Assembly: GCA_030141605.1 (NCBI GenBank)
Contig: JAQGDQ010000384.1
Span: 1 to 6,774, forward strand
Source of the DNA: Tubiluchus corallicola
Taxonomy: Eukaryota > Animalia > Priapulida
DNA length: 6,774 nt
Reading direction: 5' to 3'
Positions within the stretch are counted from its first letter, which is position 1. Every line of letters starts with the position of its first letter. Below are positions 6,083 through 6,774 of this stretch, piece by piece. The notes beneath the pieces are model-generated. The model worked only from the letters and a program-made list of their open reading frames with translations, was not told the DNA's origin and made no database searches. Position numbers and translations under genes: made by a program.

Positions 6083-6774
6083 ATGTTCAGAGGAATACAA
6101 AAGATTGAAATACAGGATATTACAGAACTCGTTACTAAGCAGTTGAAAAATCTTATCTCATCAGGTGAGTTGTCTCCCGGAGATAAGCTGCCTTCCGAAA
6201 GGATTTTATCTGAAAATCTTGGAGTTAGCAGAGGATATGTAAGAGATGCTATTAAAAAATTAGAAATATTAGGGCTGTTAAAAACCTACCCACAAAAAGG
6301 CACTTTTATTGAAAAATCAGTAACTCCTGCCATAGAGGCTTTCCTAGAACATATGATAGATATTGAAAAATCTAGCTTTATTGATTTAATAGAAACTCGT
6401 GCTATATTAGAACAAGAAGCTGCCTATTTAGCAGCCCAGCGTGCTACAAAAGAAGATATAGAAAAAATTATGTCTACATTGGCTAACTACAAAGAAGCTA
6501 CAAAAAAAGACTCTAATGCAATAGAAGAAGACTTAAAGTTTCATCGTGCCATAGCAGAATCTACTCATAATAGCTTGCTCGTTTCATTCATTAATGTTAT
6601 TATTCCTAATATTATGACTATCTACAGGGCGAACAATATATGTGAAAAAGACGAGTTGAAAGATACTTATTCGGAGCATTTAATAATTGCAAACTATATC
6701 AAAGAAGGAAAATCTGATGAGGTTAAACAAGCAGTAAAAAAACACTTAGAAAAAGTAGTTGTCTTTGGAAAAAG
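6083..6774 (+). CDS. GntR-family, FadR-subfamily transcriptional regulator (winged HTH plus FCD domain); 3'-partial (230 full codons in window)
   Basis: Translated by hand from ATG at 6083: MFRGIQKIEIQDITELVTKQLKNLISSGELSPGDKLPSERILSENLGVSRGYVRDAIKKLEILGLLKTYPQKGTFI (GntR HTH), then FCD motifs DLIETRAILE, AAQRAT, EDLKFHRAIAESTHNSLL, SEHLII, AVKKHL. No stop before the window ends, hence absent from the ORF track. Confidence 0.96.
   Translation, partial: MFRGIQKIEIQDITELVTKQLKNLISSGELSPGDKLPSERILSENLGVSRGYVRDAIKKLEILGLLKTYPQKGTFIEKSVTPAIEAFLEHMIDIEKSSFIDLIETRAILEQEAAYLAAQRATKEDIEKIMSTLANYKEATKKDSNAIEEDLKFHRAIAESTHNSLLVSFINVIIPNIMTIYRANNICEKDELKDTYSEHLIIANYIKEGKSDEVKQAVKKHLEKVVVFGK

Noticed and set aside
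1-6774. Calling the locus a sialic-acid (nan) cluster with symbols nanS/nanO/nanU/nanR
   Set aside because: The SASA family acts on many acetylated glycans, no sialidase or nan catabolic gene is in the window, and the SusC/D motifs point elsewhere. Kept only as an alternative hypothesis.

Overview
AT-rich Bacteroidota DNA carrying the core of a polysaccharide utilization locus (PUL). The minus strand holds a tightly packed operon: susC-like TonB-dependent transporter (5952-2884), susD-like lipoprotein (2879-1494) and an SGNH/SASA 'sialate O-acetylesterase'-family esterase (1476 to beyond the left edge, missed by the ORF track). The plus strand holds a divergent GntR/FadR-family regulator (6083 to beyond the right edge, also missed). 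The 130-bp intergenic region has a good Bacteroidota -33/-7 promoter for susC with a FadR-type palindrome (CTGGT-TG-ACCAG) just downstream. The most interesting point is that, from my recollection of the family (not a search), the SusC/SusD motifs and the regulator resemble the alginate-PUL clade, yet the gene after susD is an O-acetylesterase with an atypical WYQGTSN motif. This suggests a candidate system for an O-acetylated polyuronide rather than a standard sialic-acid or algal-alginate PUL. I saw no RNA genes, mobile elements or CRISPR arrays.
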